From assembly GCF_021028975.2 (NCBI RefSeq), contig NC_059427.1, positions 156,116,001-156,180,000 of the forward strand: a stretch of DNA of 64,000 nucleotides, given 5' to 3'. This stretch comes from Sphaerodactylus townsendi (Eukaryota). This document shows, piece by piece, positions 25,395-38,391 of the stretch (the first letter of the stretch is position 1; each line of letters begins with the position of its first letter). The notes beneath the pieces were generated by a model. The model made no database searches and was not told where the DNA came from. It saw nothing but the letters and a program-made list of their open reading frames with translations. The translations under genes and the position numbers were made by a program.

Positions 25395-26726
25395 CCACCA
25401 CCACCACCACCACCACCCCAATTCTTTCACGGAACCCTGCGATTGAACGAAGCGAGAAATATTAGCGAAATGATCACCTGGTTCTTAAAATAAAATCAAG
25501 TCCAGGGTGAGAAGACTGAGATATGTACAAAGATGCAAAAGAACAGAAGTAGGAGACGGATAGTCACGGTTGTTATTGTTATTATTTACCAGATGGTTAA
25601 TATTCTGTCCAGAAGCAAAATCTCTTTGCTGAGCGAGTGTTTGTCCTCAGGATAATTTGAATGATAGGAGAATGGTAACCAGACACTCTCACATACAGAT
25701 ACTTCCAAGGATACACAAGCATTCTAACTACAGTCGGGATTCTTGTTATGTCTGGCCAAGACTGGCACTCCACATGCTTCTTAGAAGAAGACAATTTAGG
25801 CTGACAGTTGCCCAAATGTCTTATAGGGAGTCCTTCTTCCAACTCCAAATCTGGAGAATAGAAAGGTGAAAAGACCCAGAAGCACCAAATGCAAGGACCA
25901 ATAACTTTATTTTTTTAAAAAAAAAAATCTTAGTTTTCTCCACATCTCCCCGTTTTTTTAAAAAAAAGATAACTAGGCGGGCTAAAGGTCGCCAGGCGTT
26001 GTGAACGTACATTGATTGACAATAAACAGCTGCATTAAATATTCAATATACCACTCTAACATAATAAATATTTAACCAAATGTTAAGGGAGGCTTTCGAA
26101 TATTTATCAGTCCTCGACTTAATTGATGGGTTCTATCTGTCCCCTGCTCTGTATCAGTCCTAATTTGAATATCCCGCAGTGGTTGAGGCAGGCCTCAGAG
26201 GGTTCCAGTTTTGGGCTTAGACCACCTCAAAAGTTTCAAAGTTTACTGTGCTATTTGGCAGTGCTGCGGAAAGGAACCTTCTCTTGAACAGACAGGGTTT
26301 CTCCATACCTGATATGCCTATGGAGGCATCAAGTTCAGCCTTACAAAGACGAGTAAGAAATTAAAACCTCTATAGGTTGCATCCACCCATCCATCCGTCT
26401 GTCTGTCTACTATCATTGCCACCATAATCATCCATCTATCAGCTATTTATCTAATTCAAAGTCCCGTCCCCCCACTACATGGAGATAGGTCCGCCTTGTT
26501 AAAGTTAGAACTTGATAAACGTTGGAAAACTTACAGAAGAATCTTTATCCAATCCCCTTGGCTTCTATTAGCTGGATCGACTTTTTTAAAAAAAAGTAGA
26601 AACAAAATATGCCTGATCACGCCTAAAATGTGACTAGCGTGGAAAGGAAGAAAGAAAGAAAACACACACACACAAGTGAATGTTAAAGGGGGGGGGGGAG
26701 AATTACAGTTAACACATTCCTTAGAC

Positions 26727-26808
26727 CCTCCCTTATTTCCCCCACCTCTGAGCTACCCCCAACCCATACCCATTTCCGAATCCTCCTGAACAACTGAAAG
26801 GAAAATCC
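26727..26808 (+). repeat. Third copy of the ~80-bp unit, upstream of the HOXC11 promoter
   Basis: 81/82 identical to 25227-25308 (A versus C at 26762). Confidence 0.95.
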
Positions 26809-26810
26809 AA

Positions 26811-26814
<4 letters not shown>

Positions 26815-26851
<37 letters not shown>

Positions 26852-26903
26852 AGGGAGAGGGAGGGAGGGAGGGAGGGAGGGAGGGAGAAGAGAGAGAGAG
26901 AGA
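26815..26903 (+). repeat. GA/GGA-rich polypurine tract
   Basis: (GA)n, (GGGAGA)n and (GGGA)n run upstream of the HOXC11 promoter. Confidence 0.9.
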
Positions 26904-27009
26904 ACAAGGCATCCTCCGGCAGACTGCTTTGCATGCTCGCAGGGGGGTGTGCCTCGAAGAAAATGAACACAAATCTGCGATTGATTTTCATAATGTTTCT
27001 GCGGTGTTT

Positions 27010-27225
27010 GAAAACCAATCGTTTGAACCTCTGAGATCTTACCTAAGTGAACCACTCCTACGCTTCTAAGTGCTCTAAACTGATATATGACAATATCTAC
27101 TTTGGATCACGTGTCCTGGAGAGAGCGACTAAGACGGATCGCGCGTCATCTCGCCTTCCCAAATTTTTCCCCCTCTGCACCTCGGATCCAAAACGTCTAT
27201 CTATAGGAGCCAGAAACGGAGAAAG
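27010..27225 (+). promoter_or_regulatory. HOXC11 proximal promoter / 5' leader
   Basis: CCAAT at 27015-27019 and CACGTG at 27108-27113, immediately upstream of the HOXC11 ATG. Confidence 0.55.
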
Positions 27226-27904
27226 ATGTTTAACTCAGTGAACCTGGGCAACTTCTGCTCGCAGTCGCGCAAAGAGCGGAGCGCCGACTTTGGGGAGCGA
27301 GCAGGTTGCGCTTCCAACCTCTACCTCCCCAGCTGCACCTATTACGTCCCAGAATTTTCGACTGTGTCATCTTTCCTGCCACAGGCCCCCTCTCGCCAAA
27401 TCTCCTACCCTTACTCCGCCAACCTCTCCCAAGTGCAGCCCGTGCGCGAGGTCTCCTACGGGCTAGACCCGGCCAATAAATGGCACCATAGAAGCAATTA
27501 CGCCTCGTGCTACTCCGCAGAGGAGCTGATGCACCGCGACTGCCTCCCGCCTGCCACCATGACAGAGATGCTCATGAAAAACGAGAGCGCCTACAGCCAC
27601 CACCACCACCCGGCCACCAACCACCCGGCGTCCACGGGCTTCTACTCCAGCATGAACAAGAACAGCGTCCTCCCGCAAGGCTTCGACCGCTTCTTCGAGA
27701 ACGCCTACTGCGCCACCGAGACCCCGACGGAGCCCTGCCTGCAGAAGGGCGACCCCAAGCTGGAGACGGACCCCCAGCCCGGCGCGCTGCCGTCCCGCGG
27801 CGACCAAGGCGTGGACCCGGAAGACGAGGAAGAAAACACCAACCCGGGCTCCTCTGCCTCCTCTTCCTCTGTCAACAAGGAAGGCAGCAAAGCCAGCAAC
27901 TCCA
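27226..27904 (+). CDS. HOXC11: Homeobox protein Hox-C11, coding exon 1
   Basis: [44 protein letters not shown] is the HOXC11 N-terminus. Donor CCA|GTAGGT after 27904; 679 nt gives phase 1. Confidence 0.97.
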
Positions 27905-27914
27905 GTAGGTAGAC

Positions 27915-27964
27915 AGAGAGAGAGAGAGAGAGAGAGGGAGCGAGAGGGAGAGAGAGAGAGAGAG
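27915..27964 (+). repeat. (GA)n-rich microsatellite just 3' of the HOXC11 donor
   Basis: Interrupted AG run. Confidence 0.85.
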
Positions 27965-29308
27965 CGCGAGCAGTAAATGGGAAAGGTTAAGGGACTAGCC
28001 CGCTGTTTTGTCGGTCAAATTTTATGTGGAGTTTTATAAGCATTCAAAGGATTTTATTATAACCTACAAAGCTCTTTCTTGCAACGAGAAGAATTTTTAC
28101 GATGGGAAAGGCTCTTTGAGAAAAATGGAGATGTTAGGTGCAGACACAGTATCTCCGAGTCTGTGAAATTTTTAAAAGCACACCATGGTGACAAATATTA
28201 ACTTTGATCATGAACTTACATGAGCATTTTAAAAGGATTTGGTCCCGGGCTTCTGAGGGTAAAAGGCAATTGGGCAGAACACGGTTTTCGTTTCCTGTCC
28301 TCGCGAGGAGGCACTAAGAGATGCATGCGGGGGGGAGAGGATTTATCTATAGTATATACCTTTATTTTATTCAAAATGTATACCTAGATTGAAATGTTTG
28401 TGTTTTCCGGGTAGGGAGAGACCACCTTGCCGGGCGGTCAACACCCAGTGTTTTGTTTTCCCTAGAAGATTGCATTGGTTTTTATAAATGGAATTTCTGG
28501 CTTTACTTTTCACATCATTTTATTTTGATGCTCAAGGTGTCTTTTTTTTCTTTTTCTTTTTAAAAGAAATTTGCTTAGGGGGGGAAGTTTTTTAAAAAAA
28601 ATCTGAATCAAAGCATTTGGTCTAAGCAAGTGTTCCCTTCTGAGGCCAGGCTATTTTCAATCAGATTCGAACCAAGCTTCCTGCACCATATATGCACTCG
28701 TAGATGGATGCATGGACGGACGGGCAGACAGACAGACAGCAATTCTGCCCGATGCCTTGGCGAGCTCCCTTTTTGACCACTCCGATCTGTTGCTTTGATG
28801 TTTGAGTGCCTTTCCCCTCACTGGGTATGTGTGCGTGCGGCGTGTCTGTGGAGGGTGCCATTCGCGTTAATCAAAAACGTATGCAGAACATAATGCCCAG
28901 TTCCTATAGCTGTAACATTGCTCGTGCTGCCTCTATAGGGCTGCGGATTTCCCCTTTTGAAAAGCCAGCTTTCCCATGGCTGCCGTGCTTCCCTCGCAAC
29001 CCCCCCTCCGCCCCCAGCAGCCATTGTTGATGGCTGCGATGGCCAAGGTTCAAGCATAGAAACCCCCCCCCCCAAATAAAAACCCCTCCAAGCTCATATA
29101 TTCCAAACTTAACAGGGACTGGTTATCCTCATGGCTGTGCTACACGTGCCTGCTAGGCAAAGGCTACGCTTGCAGACGCGTGTGTAGGAAACTGTGACGG
29201 GGAGTGGGAAGGAAGATGCTGGGCGTTTGTGGTTTCATTGGTTTGGTGGATTTCATTCCTTCCTGCTTGCATTTCTCTCTCTTCTTCTTCTCCTCCTTCT
29301 CCCCAAAG

Positions 29309-29541
29309 GTGCCCCCCGCACGAGGAAGAAGCGCTGCCCTTACTCGAAATTCCAAATCAGAGAGCTAGAGAGAGAATTCTTCTTCAATGTCTATATAAAC
29401 AAAGAGAAAAGGCTGCAGCTGTCTAGGATGTTGAACCTCACCGACCGACAGGTTAAAATTTGGTTTCAGAACAGAAGGATGAAAGAAAAAAAACTAAGCA
29501 GAGACCGCCTGCAGTATTTCTCTGGAAACCCCTTATTGTGA
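29309..29541 (+). CDS. HOXC11: Homeobox protein Hox-C11, coding exon 2 (homeodomain)
   Basis: Long pyrimidine tract plus aAG| acceptor at 29307-29308. Encodes [34 protein letters not shown]...[12 protein letters not shown]. Spliced CDS 912 nt, 303 aa. Confidence 0.97.
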
Positions 29542-32500
29542 AACTCTTTTGTAAAAAGAAGAAAAAAAGTATCAAAAATAAACATAAAGAAATGCCCTCT
29601 CGCTTCTTGAAGTACTCTGTGTAGGACGAAGGAGCTCTGCAAAACCAGCTTGGACTGTGGAGGCGACCAGCGACCCTCAGAGTTTTAAGCCTTTCCCTTC
29701 TCTGTCTTTGTATGTTCGGGACCTGGTCGGCTAAACAGAAACAAGGAGTCACACAAGCTACCCTCCCCCTCCCCCCTGACCTAAACGTTGAAAGGACCTG
29801 AAGACTGTATGAACTACACTTTTTTTTAATTTAACGTTTAGTCTCGAAGAATTGGAATTATTATTATTATTTTAATTATTATTCCCCACCCCCTCCGGCC
29901 TCGTCGCCCTCTCGTCTGTCCTCTGTGTTCGACGGAACAGCACAGCGTTGTGTGAGCATCTGGGTTCCCCCTGTCCTGCTTCTGAAACGCAGGTCATGCT
30001 CTGGCTTCTCAAAAGCACCCCCCCCCCAAGACTTTCCCTGGGAGGGGGCGTTGGGCGAGGGTGCTGCAGATGGGTGTGCATGTGGATCTGCCCACACGTG
30101 TTCATCCGTGCACGCATGCACTCCTCTGGGTTCCTCTTCTGTACATGTCAAGGACTGTTGTTGGTTTGAAAACTTATTTAAATAATCTTTCCAGGAATCC
30201 ATTTCACTCGAACGGGGTAATTTTCATTGTATCTTTTATATATTCATGTTCTATGCAGTCCCGGATTTTTGTTTATTTTATTTTATTTTATTTTATTTTT
30301 GCATCTGGGGCAGGGTGAGGGGTGGGGGATGGGCAGGGAGGAAGAGGAATGGACGACAATAAATTTGCAATAACTGTCTCTTAAATAGTATGTAAATGCA
30401 TTTCTCCCCCTCAGAGGTGTCGCCAGCCTCAGCAGCGAGATCAACAGCGCCCCAACAACACCCGCAATTATAAATAAATCTTTGTGTATGTAAAGGAGTG
30501 AATCCCGGGAAACTCTGTGAAATTCTGTGGCAAATAAAGACATTTCAAGCTGTTCTACATTATGATTTTATTTGACCATTTTATTAGTATTTCCCTCTTT
30601 AAAGACTCATTGCGGTCATTGTGGTATGGACTTTCCTATCGAACTTTAAATACCGAAATGCTATGCGTGTGTGTGTATAAACCGAAATGGTGTGCATGTG
30701 TGTGTACATATATATGTTTGAGATATGAGCCAAATTAATACGAACCTTCTGAGTTTAACTAGACATTTGTTGTGGAGTTCATTGTTTTCATCATCGCATT
30801 TAAATTTATAGGAATTTCTTGGCCCAATAATCCGGTTCTGTGCTTGGCTCCAGATGTCTTTGTCTGTTTTCCCAATATACTTAATCTTTTTATTTCGTTT
30901 TCCCTTTCTCCTCCCTTCCCCCAACATCATATTGCAATATGCTAAAAGAGGGTTTGGTGAGGGATTCTGCAGGACTCTCAAAGGGTGGTTAAAGGGCGCG
31001 TCTCGGCCTGAACCAACCCCACAGCCGAAATTTCTGTAATGTCAAGGATAAGCGGCTCTCCCCGCCCCCTCCCTTCCCCGCACAATGCACAAATGCAAAG
31101 TCAAGTACTTAAATCCTTCTTTTAAACCAAACAAGTTCAACTCCCGGACACTGGATAGAAGTGCTATTTTATGTTTACACAAGAAACCCCCGCAATCCTC
31201 CATTTAGCAAACGCTATTGGCTTTCCAAGGGAAAGAAATGTGCAAGACGCCTTAATTGAGCGATTTAATTTGAGATTCAGAATTTAAAATGGTGTGTGGG
31301 GGGGGGGGGTAGGATTGTGGTGTGCGTGCTTCCCTTGACTCTTGATGCCTATTTGTGTGACTCACAGTTTGATGTCTAAAGGTTGTTTTAAGACGAAGGG
31401 GACAAGCAGAAACACAATTGTATTGCCGCCAAGGGCAAGGCAACTAACTTTCTTTTTCTTTTTCTTTTTTGCACGGTTTTGAAACGTAGGATCCAGTTCA
31501 ATGAACATGTTGTCTCTCCTGATTTGATTTGTCAGCAGTGAGGAAACCCACAAAAATGTGCTTAGTTGGCTATGATATTATCTGAAAGGGTGAAATTAAC
31601 AGGAGTGTTTCTCATTACTTAAGATGCGAGATAAGAGTAGACCTTCTGGAAGGAGACTGCTCTCTTGCCCCCCAACCCCTGTTTCCCTCCCTCTTCCAAC
31701 TTTATTTTCCCTTTGTCCTTTTCTTTTTCTTTAATGGAGACGTTTGCGAACACTACCTGCATCCTTTCCTCTCCCTTGGATCCAGCGGCACTTCAGACCT
31801 AACAGTAGGTATCTTCCTAGAATGGAGGGTTCTTAGAAGGGTGGGTGGTTGTCCCAAGGAGGCAAGAAAGGTTAGCTAAGGTGGACCTGACATCTTTCCA
31901 GTGAAGCAGCGTGGGACTCACCACCCCACACAGGGTGGTGGGCATATAGTGGAAGATCGGAGGAAAACAACGACTATGGCTCTCCTTTTAGAGACTAATG
32001 AACCTGGTCAAACCTTTCTAGGATTAGGCAGAACCTCAACCTAGGTGCAATAAGGTGCATATCGCCTGGCCAAAATCCCCCTTAATATCCCGTAACTGCA
32101 GCGGTTGTCTGGACAAAGGGGGCGACCAGTCTAGACATTGTAATAAAGACTGCGCCCTAAACAGCTTAATTTTTCCCTCCTTTAATGACCCCCGTCTGGT
32201 CATAGAAAAAGACTTCCGCAGTAAATAGTAAACAAATAAGGGTGTCTCAGCTTAGCTTTCTTCCAGCTCTTTCCCCCACCCACGCGCTCTCACTTCCCCC
32301 CTCTCCCCCTCCCATTCTTTCCCCCCTCCCCTCCCTTGGCTTTTGCAGGGGCTGCGACACAATGAAACTGGAGGCCTAGTTCAAAGTTTTCTCCAGCTAA
32401 AATGGAATGCCAGTTGTAAAATCCAAGTTTATAGACCATGTGGGACTTTACAAGGGTATTAACCAGCAGTGCGAGGTAGGGATAACCCGTTAATGTTCTT

Positions 32501-35500
32501 TGGGCCATTTTTTCCCCCTCAAAGGGAGGGGAAGAGGGTATTTAGCTGGGGGAGTTGGGGACCTTTCTGCTGAAGAGCAGGGGGCAATTTTTAGCCCTGC
32601 GGTGGAGTTCCAGCTCCCCCCCCTTATCTAAAATGTGGGTATCTCGAGGTGGAGTGCCGCCTGCCTTGTATGCTGGAATTTTGCTTGTTGCATGGGTGGG
32701 GGGGGGAGCGAAACAGGGGGCTCCACAAGAAGGAAAAAATGTGAAGATATGATGTCTTTGAACTTCAAGGGAGTCAAGTCCATCACCTTTAACCCTTTTG
32801 TAATAAACCGGAATCAGAAAGGGCCGCGGTCCCCTTTTCAATGTCTCCGCCCACTGAGTCCCAAAAGCGGGAGAAGGGGGCAAGAGCACTTAAAAGAAAA
32901 ACACCCCCCACACTCACATACACAAAAACAAGATACAAATTTTGAAGCCGGCCTGGTGTTTATGGCACTTAACATTTCACTCAGCCGGGCGGTGGTTTTC
33001 ATGTTATCTGCGAGAAGGTTAAAGCACGCAGCACCCCCGCCCCCAACGCAGGGCGCATACAAGCTTTATTATTGTGATAAACCTTTTGATATCTTAACGC
33101 ATGGAAAGTTTTTATAACTTTGTTTGGCATAAAAGTTTTACAAGCCCCCCCCCCCGTTTCTCTTTCTCTCCTCCTCCTCCTCCCCCTCCCCCCTCCCTTC
33201 GAATTCCGCGCAAGCATGGGAGGCTTTGCATCAGACAACTTTATTTTTTCGCACGGAAGGCCCGTCCGGATCAGCGCGCCCTCATAGGCTGGGGATTTCG
33301 GTGTAAAGCCACGTTAATGATACACAGGCTAATTGCGAAGGACCTCGCTCGCAGCGAGCCAACCTGTTTCCTGTCGCTGCCAGGAACCCTTTCATAGCGT
33401 ATGGGGCGCTGCCAGTAGGTGCCTGGGTTGGCCCATGTAGAGGAAGGTGAGGGACCACCGTGGTCTTCTTAGGATTTCAGAAGACTGCTCCTATATTTTG
33501 ATTGGCGTCCAGGAAATACCTCCTTCGTGCTGGGGTGGGGGCGGGGATGCTGTTCGATTTGTTTCTCCCTTCCCCTTTGAAGATGGATCCCACGAGTGGG
33601 CAGAAAGTTTGGGTGTCTGGGTGTGGGCGAGCTATAGATATCTATACATTTTTTTAAACCGGTGGTTGTACGAGTTTCAGCTTTGCTGGACACGGCTGTT
33701 CGCCTGCACACAGTGACCCCCTCTCCTCGCTTGTCTGCAGGGATCCCCAACTGCGTGTGAATGGCCACCTCCTTTGAGTTTGGGAGTTGAGGGACATAAA
33801 CTTGACTGTGTCGCCAGCTCAGGCGCCCGGGGGCGAGTCCTCGACGGTGACATCACGTAGGCAGACTCGCCCGGGCAGGCAATCCAACCAAAACCCGCAA
33901 AGCAATCGCCTTGGGCAAAGCTGGACCCTGAATTTCCTCCGAGAAGCGACTCTGGCTTCGGAAACTTCGCCGGGACGGAACTGGAAAGCCCCCGAGGAGC
34001 AGAGACAGTGGCTTTGGCAAGTGGACTTGACGCAAGTTGACCATCTCCCTCGAGCCGCCCTTCGCTTGGTGGCGGACTTTGTTCGGGGCTCACAAGTCAC
34101 TTCTGCGGGAGGCACCTCTCGGCTACAACGGAGAGACCTGTAAATAAAAGACTTTCCTCTTCCCATTTTGCCGGAGAGACTCTTGTGGGTCGTTAACTGT
34201 TTTCCTCTCCACCCCCACCCCCCACAATGCATAATTGAATGTACGATTAATTTTACCTCCTGCTTTTTAAAAATACCTCTGATGAGCACAAAATTAGATA
34301 AAAGGGAGGTAGAATATAATGCCTCGTTTGTTTACTTGTGTGATGTTGGGTTTGCGGGCGAAGGGGTGTGGGCGCTTGTGCATTGCATTTGTTTGGACAC
34401 AGGAAACAAGTGTCGCTTGCAGGGTGCAATCTAGTTAACATCATTATATGAATCTGAATGCTTCCCTTCTTCTTCGCGAGCAAAGCAAGAAGGGCCGCGC
34501 TCGGCTTTTCGATTATTGTCCTCACACGGACACGCGCGCGCGCACACACACTCAAAATGGCGCCTCATTAAGGCCCTGTTTATATGCTTTTAATAAAATT
34601 GAGAAACCCCCAAATTATAACATGAAAAAGCAAGAATGCTGTTTGCAGTTTCCTAGGACTTTGGAATCTTTTCCTGCAGCGACGGAAAATTGATCACGGT
34701 TGTAACGGTAGCCGGTTCTAATGCAGTTCTAATTTTTTATTTTTTAATTTTGTCAGAGAAAGAGAGCGAGCGAGAGAGAAATTCATAGGGTTTTTTTCTT
34801 TTAAAAAACTTGTTTATGGAGTAGAAACCCAATGAAAACTTGTAACTTTCTTGAGTGAAAAGAAAATCAGAATTCTCACATATTTAGGCGCGCCTTACAA
34901 TTGATTCAGAGGCACCTGGGCAGACCCTTCCTGCAGCCGTTCTTTTAGGTAAGTTTTCAGCGGAAACCCCTTCGCGTTGGGTCACACGGTAAGGAAAACC
35001 ATTGGACCTTAATCAGGACGAACGTATGCGCGGGTCGCGCTATTCCCTTAAGAACTGGGGAGTTGCTAGAACACTAGACGCCATAGGTCCCTCCTGTGCA
35101 GTGGGAGCGCGCCCGTGTTTTTCAGAAGAAAGCCCTATTTTTGCAAACTCCTGGCGAAATGCCACTTGGCGTGAACGAAGCAGAATCTTCCTCTCAACCG
35201 AGAACCAATCTTTGGAACAGATCGAGGCAGGAAACAAACTCAAAGGGACCTGTAATCACGGTGTTATTTTAACCTCTCGCCCTGGAGAAAGAGATCCAAA
35301 CACCTATGGCCTTGTTAAAAGACACTGGAAGGGGGTGGCGGGCAAAGCACGGGGGAGACTATTTCAAAACAGTCAATCCGTTTTTGCACAGCCTTCACTG
35401 AAACGTACATGGCGATCCATACAGCGGAGAGAGAGGGGGGGAAAATCTAATATTCACAATGGCTTTTGCAACTTTTACAAAACCGATTTAAGTATTTTAT

Positions 35501-35737
35501 CATTGTTCTTTTTCAAACCAACCCCCCCCCCCCCAATATTTCCATTATCCCTTCCCTGGGGAAGTTTCCTTTCTTATATTTCAATGGGATCATTTCAAAG
35601 AACCGATCCCCCTCTGAAATATCTTCAGAATTGCCAACAGACATATTAGCAAATTTCTCCACCTAAATCCTTTATATCCAGTCTGCTTTTCGTGTTTGCC
35701 AAGGAATTTATTTCATTAACTGGCTCTTTAAAACTTG

Positions 35738-35880
35738 NNNNNNNNNNNNNNNNNNNNNNNNNNNNNNNNNNNNNNNNNNNNNNNNNNNNNNNNNNNNNNN
35801 NNNNNNNNNNNNNNNNNNNNNNNNNNNNNNNNNNNNNNNNNNNNNNNNNNNNNNNNNNNNNNNNNNNNNNNNNNNNNNNN
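35738..35880. other. Assembly gap (N run)
   Basis: Run of n. Confidence 1.
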
Positions 35881-38335
35881 GACCTGTCTTCTATGCGCAG
35901 TTCACAATTGCCCCCCATTTTTCCAAGTCTTTCCACTTCACGGTTTCACCTAAAAATTTAACCTTATTAGAAATTGTAACCGTATTATAAAAAAAAATAT
36001 TGAATTGAATATATATAATTATTTTAATTCCTCTAAGATCTGATAGGGACTTTGCTGTCTCCCACTCACCTTAAATGAGCTTAAGTTCAAGTTATTATGC
36101 TAACCATATCACGACCAATGCCACCGTCCCCTTCATCATTAGTAGGGGCCCGCTTGCGCATGTAGGGTTCCCATACAAAGCCGGATATATGCCCGGGCGT
36201 AGATTTACACACAAACACCCTATCCGCATCGCCACACACATACACCCCACACATGTGATGTTGGCACCTTGTATGAATGCGAAGTTTCTCTCTCCTCAAC
36301 TTGGGGTTTTGCCACCTCGGCAGGAAGGCGAGCTGGTAAGCTCAGTACCTCCAGGAACATAATATCATTCCATAATTCTTTGACTTAAGTTACTCCAAAA
36401 GAAGGAAACAGTATAAGAGGGATTGTAAAGTTTGATAGATTTCTTGTGGTGATAGTTTACAGTTTCTAAGCCAACATCTAAAGACGTGGGTTTTATTTTT
36501 GCATCGCTGTTATTGTACTCCAGTGTACTTTGCCATAAATCAGAATTATTTCCGCCACAACACGGGGCATAATACCGGGCAGAAATACAAATTTAAGGTA
36601 ATCATTAAAGTGCTGCCACCAAATACTTCCTAGAAGCGAAAACGAATGCTTGCCATAAAAACGTTACAGGGGGGAGGGGGAATTGGCTAAAAATACAATG
36701 GGCATAAGAGACTTTTTGGGGGCATAACTCACCGTTAAATAATTAGAAAGGAAAAAGGGAACAGGTAAAATATTATGTGCAAGTTTGTGATAGGCTTGGT
36801 ATGAATTATTAGACACGTGCAATTTTTAACAGAAACAAATGCTTTGGGGTTTTGTTTTGTTGGGGTTTTTTTTGCTTTTTAAGGCGAATGGCCGGCCCAT
36901 GGTGGTGTGTGAGGGCGTGCCTGCGTGTTCCGCCCAAGTTTTCCCCTTCCCATCCGCCTGCCCTCTGCCTCCAGCCCGAAAGGCAGTTCGAAGTAAAGCC
37001 AGGGTAAAGTGTGTGGAGGGTTTCTTTTTTGGGGGGTCAACTGAACTGTCTGCCTTTGGCATTCAGGGAGTGCAATCAGACACCGAAGTCAATGGGAGAC
37101 CGTCTGCAGTTGCTCCATACACCCAGACATTGAGACAAAGAGTGGGAAGAAACCCTCACCTTTCTCCCTCCCTCCCTCCCACCCCCCCACCCCCCTCCAC
37201 CACCACGGCTGTTCTTTGGACTTTGGCTTCAGTTAAAGCCCCTTTGACTTCTCTTCAGTCCAGTTTTGACTTCGGTGCAATCATTCTGGGTTAGGTCCCA
37301 GCCCAAGAGAATCAGGCACCCACCAAGCCCACGGGTGAGCCCACATAAATACCACCAGGGGTCACACCCCTCCTGGCTCTTTCCTTTCCTTTTGAAGAGG
37401 TAGGTTGCATGTTGAGTGTGCACTTCGATTTGGCGCAGAGCTGGAGCCCGGAACAAGCTGCCGCGGCCTCCCCTGCCCCGCTCGGGCTTCCTCCTCCTAA
37501 GTTTAATAGCATTTGTTGGTATTTATTTTCTGCAATTAGAGGAAAGCATTTTTCCCAACGGGGGTTCTACTTAGGCTGATGAATTTTATTTCTCTCCCCA
37601 TTAATGACCCATGTTTATCATACTTCTAATTATTTTTAACTTTAAACAATATTCTGTCTCCTGGAGACGGTCCCCGGCGCTCCATCCTCCCCAAGATCTG
37701 CCAGGTTAGAAAAAGATCTGGAAAGAACTAAAGCAACGTGTTTGGTTGCTGTTTCTGCGGCCCCTCTATGGGGGGGGGGGAGGGGGAGAGACTTTGACCG
37801 TCAGCCCACTAGAGATTCTGGCAGTTTTCTATATGTTTGCATAAATAAATAGTTCCGCAGACGTTGATGCCCCTTACAAATATATGAAGCATCCCAAGAG
37901 GAAACTAAGGCCAGTAAACACCACCCGTGCTTTATTATTTTTTTTTAATCTTCACCAGCTTTACACATTTGAAACACTCTTTGTCAAGTCTTCAGGGATA
38001 TGGGTACAACGTCGAATGCGCTGGAAATTTCTTGGCCGTCTGTGGCTGTGTAAAGAGGATAAAAATCAAATTATTTGACAGGTTTCACCACAGTGCGGTT
38101 TATACATTTCTCGTCCTGCTATTTAAGGGGGAGGGGAATATAACACAGGCAAGATTGCACGGCAGTAAATAAGGGTATAAAAGGCATTTTTCTCCCCACT
38201 AAGAGAATCCAGAAAATGAGGTCCAGTTTTTGGGTCTCCCCAAAGAACATGTGTGGAAATGTATAGGGAATTCACAGACTAAAATTATTGAGTTAACCAC
38301 ATGATCTGCAAAAAATAAAGAATGGGGGGGTGAGG

Positions 38336-38340
<5 letters not shown>

Positions 38341-38386
<46 letters not shown>
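38341..38386 (+). repeat. (AG)23 microsatellite
   Basis: Pure AG run. Confidence 0.95.

Positions 38387-38391
<5 letters not shown>

Noticed and set aside
27463-27807. Antisense ORFs overlapping Hox exon 1 sequences
   Set aside because: Expected shadow ORFs of GC-rich coding sequence.
35002-35649. 215-aa ORF between HOXC11 and HOXC10
   Set aside because: TTG start, no recognisable domain, low-complexity tail; most likely a chance ORF.
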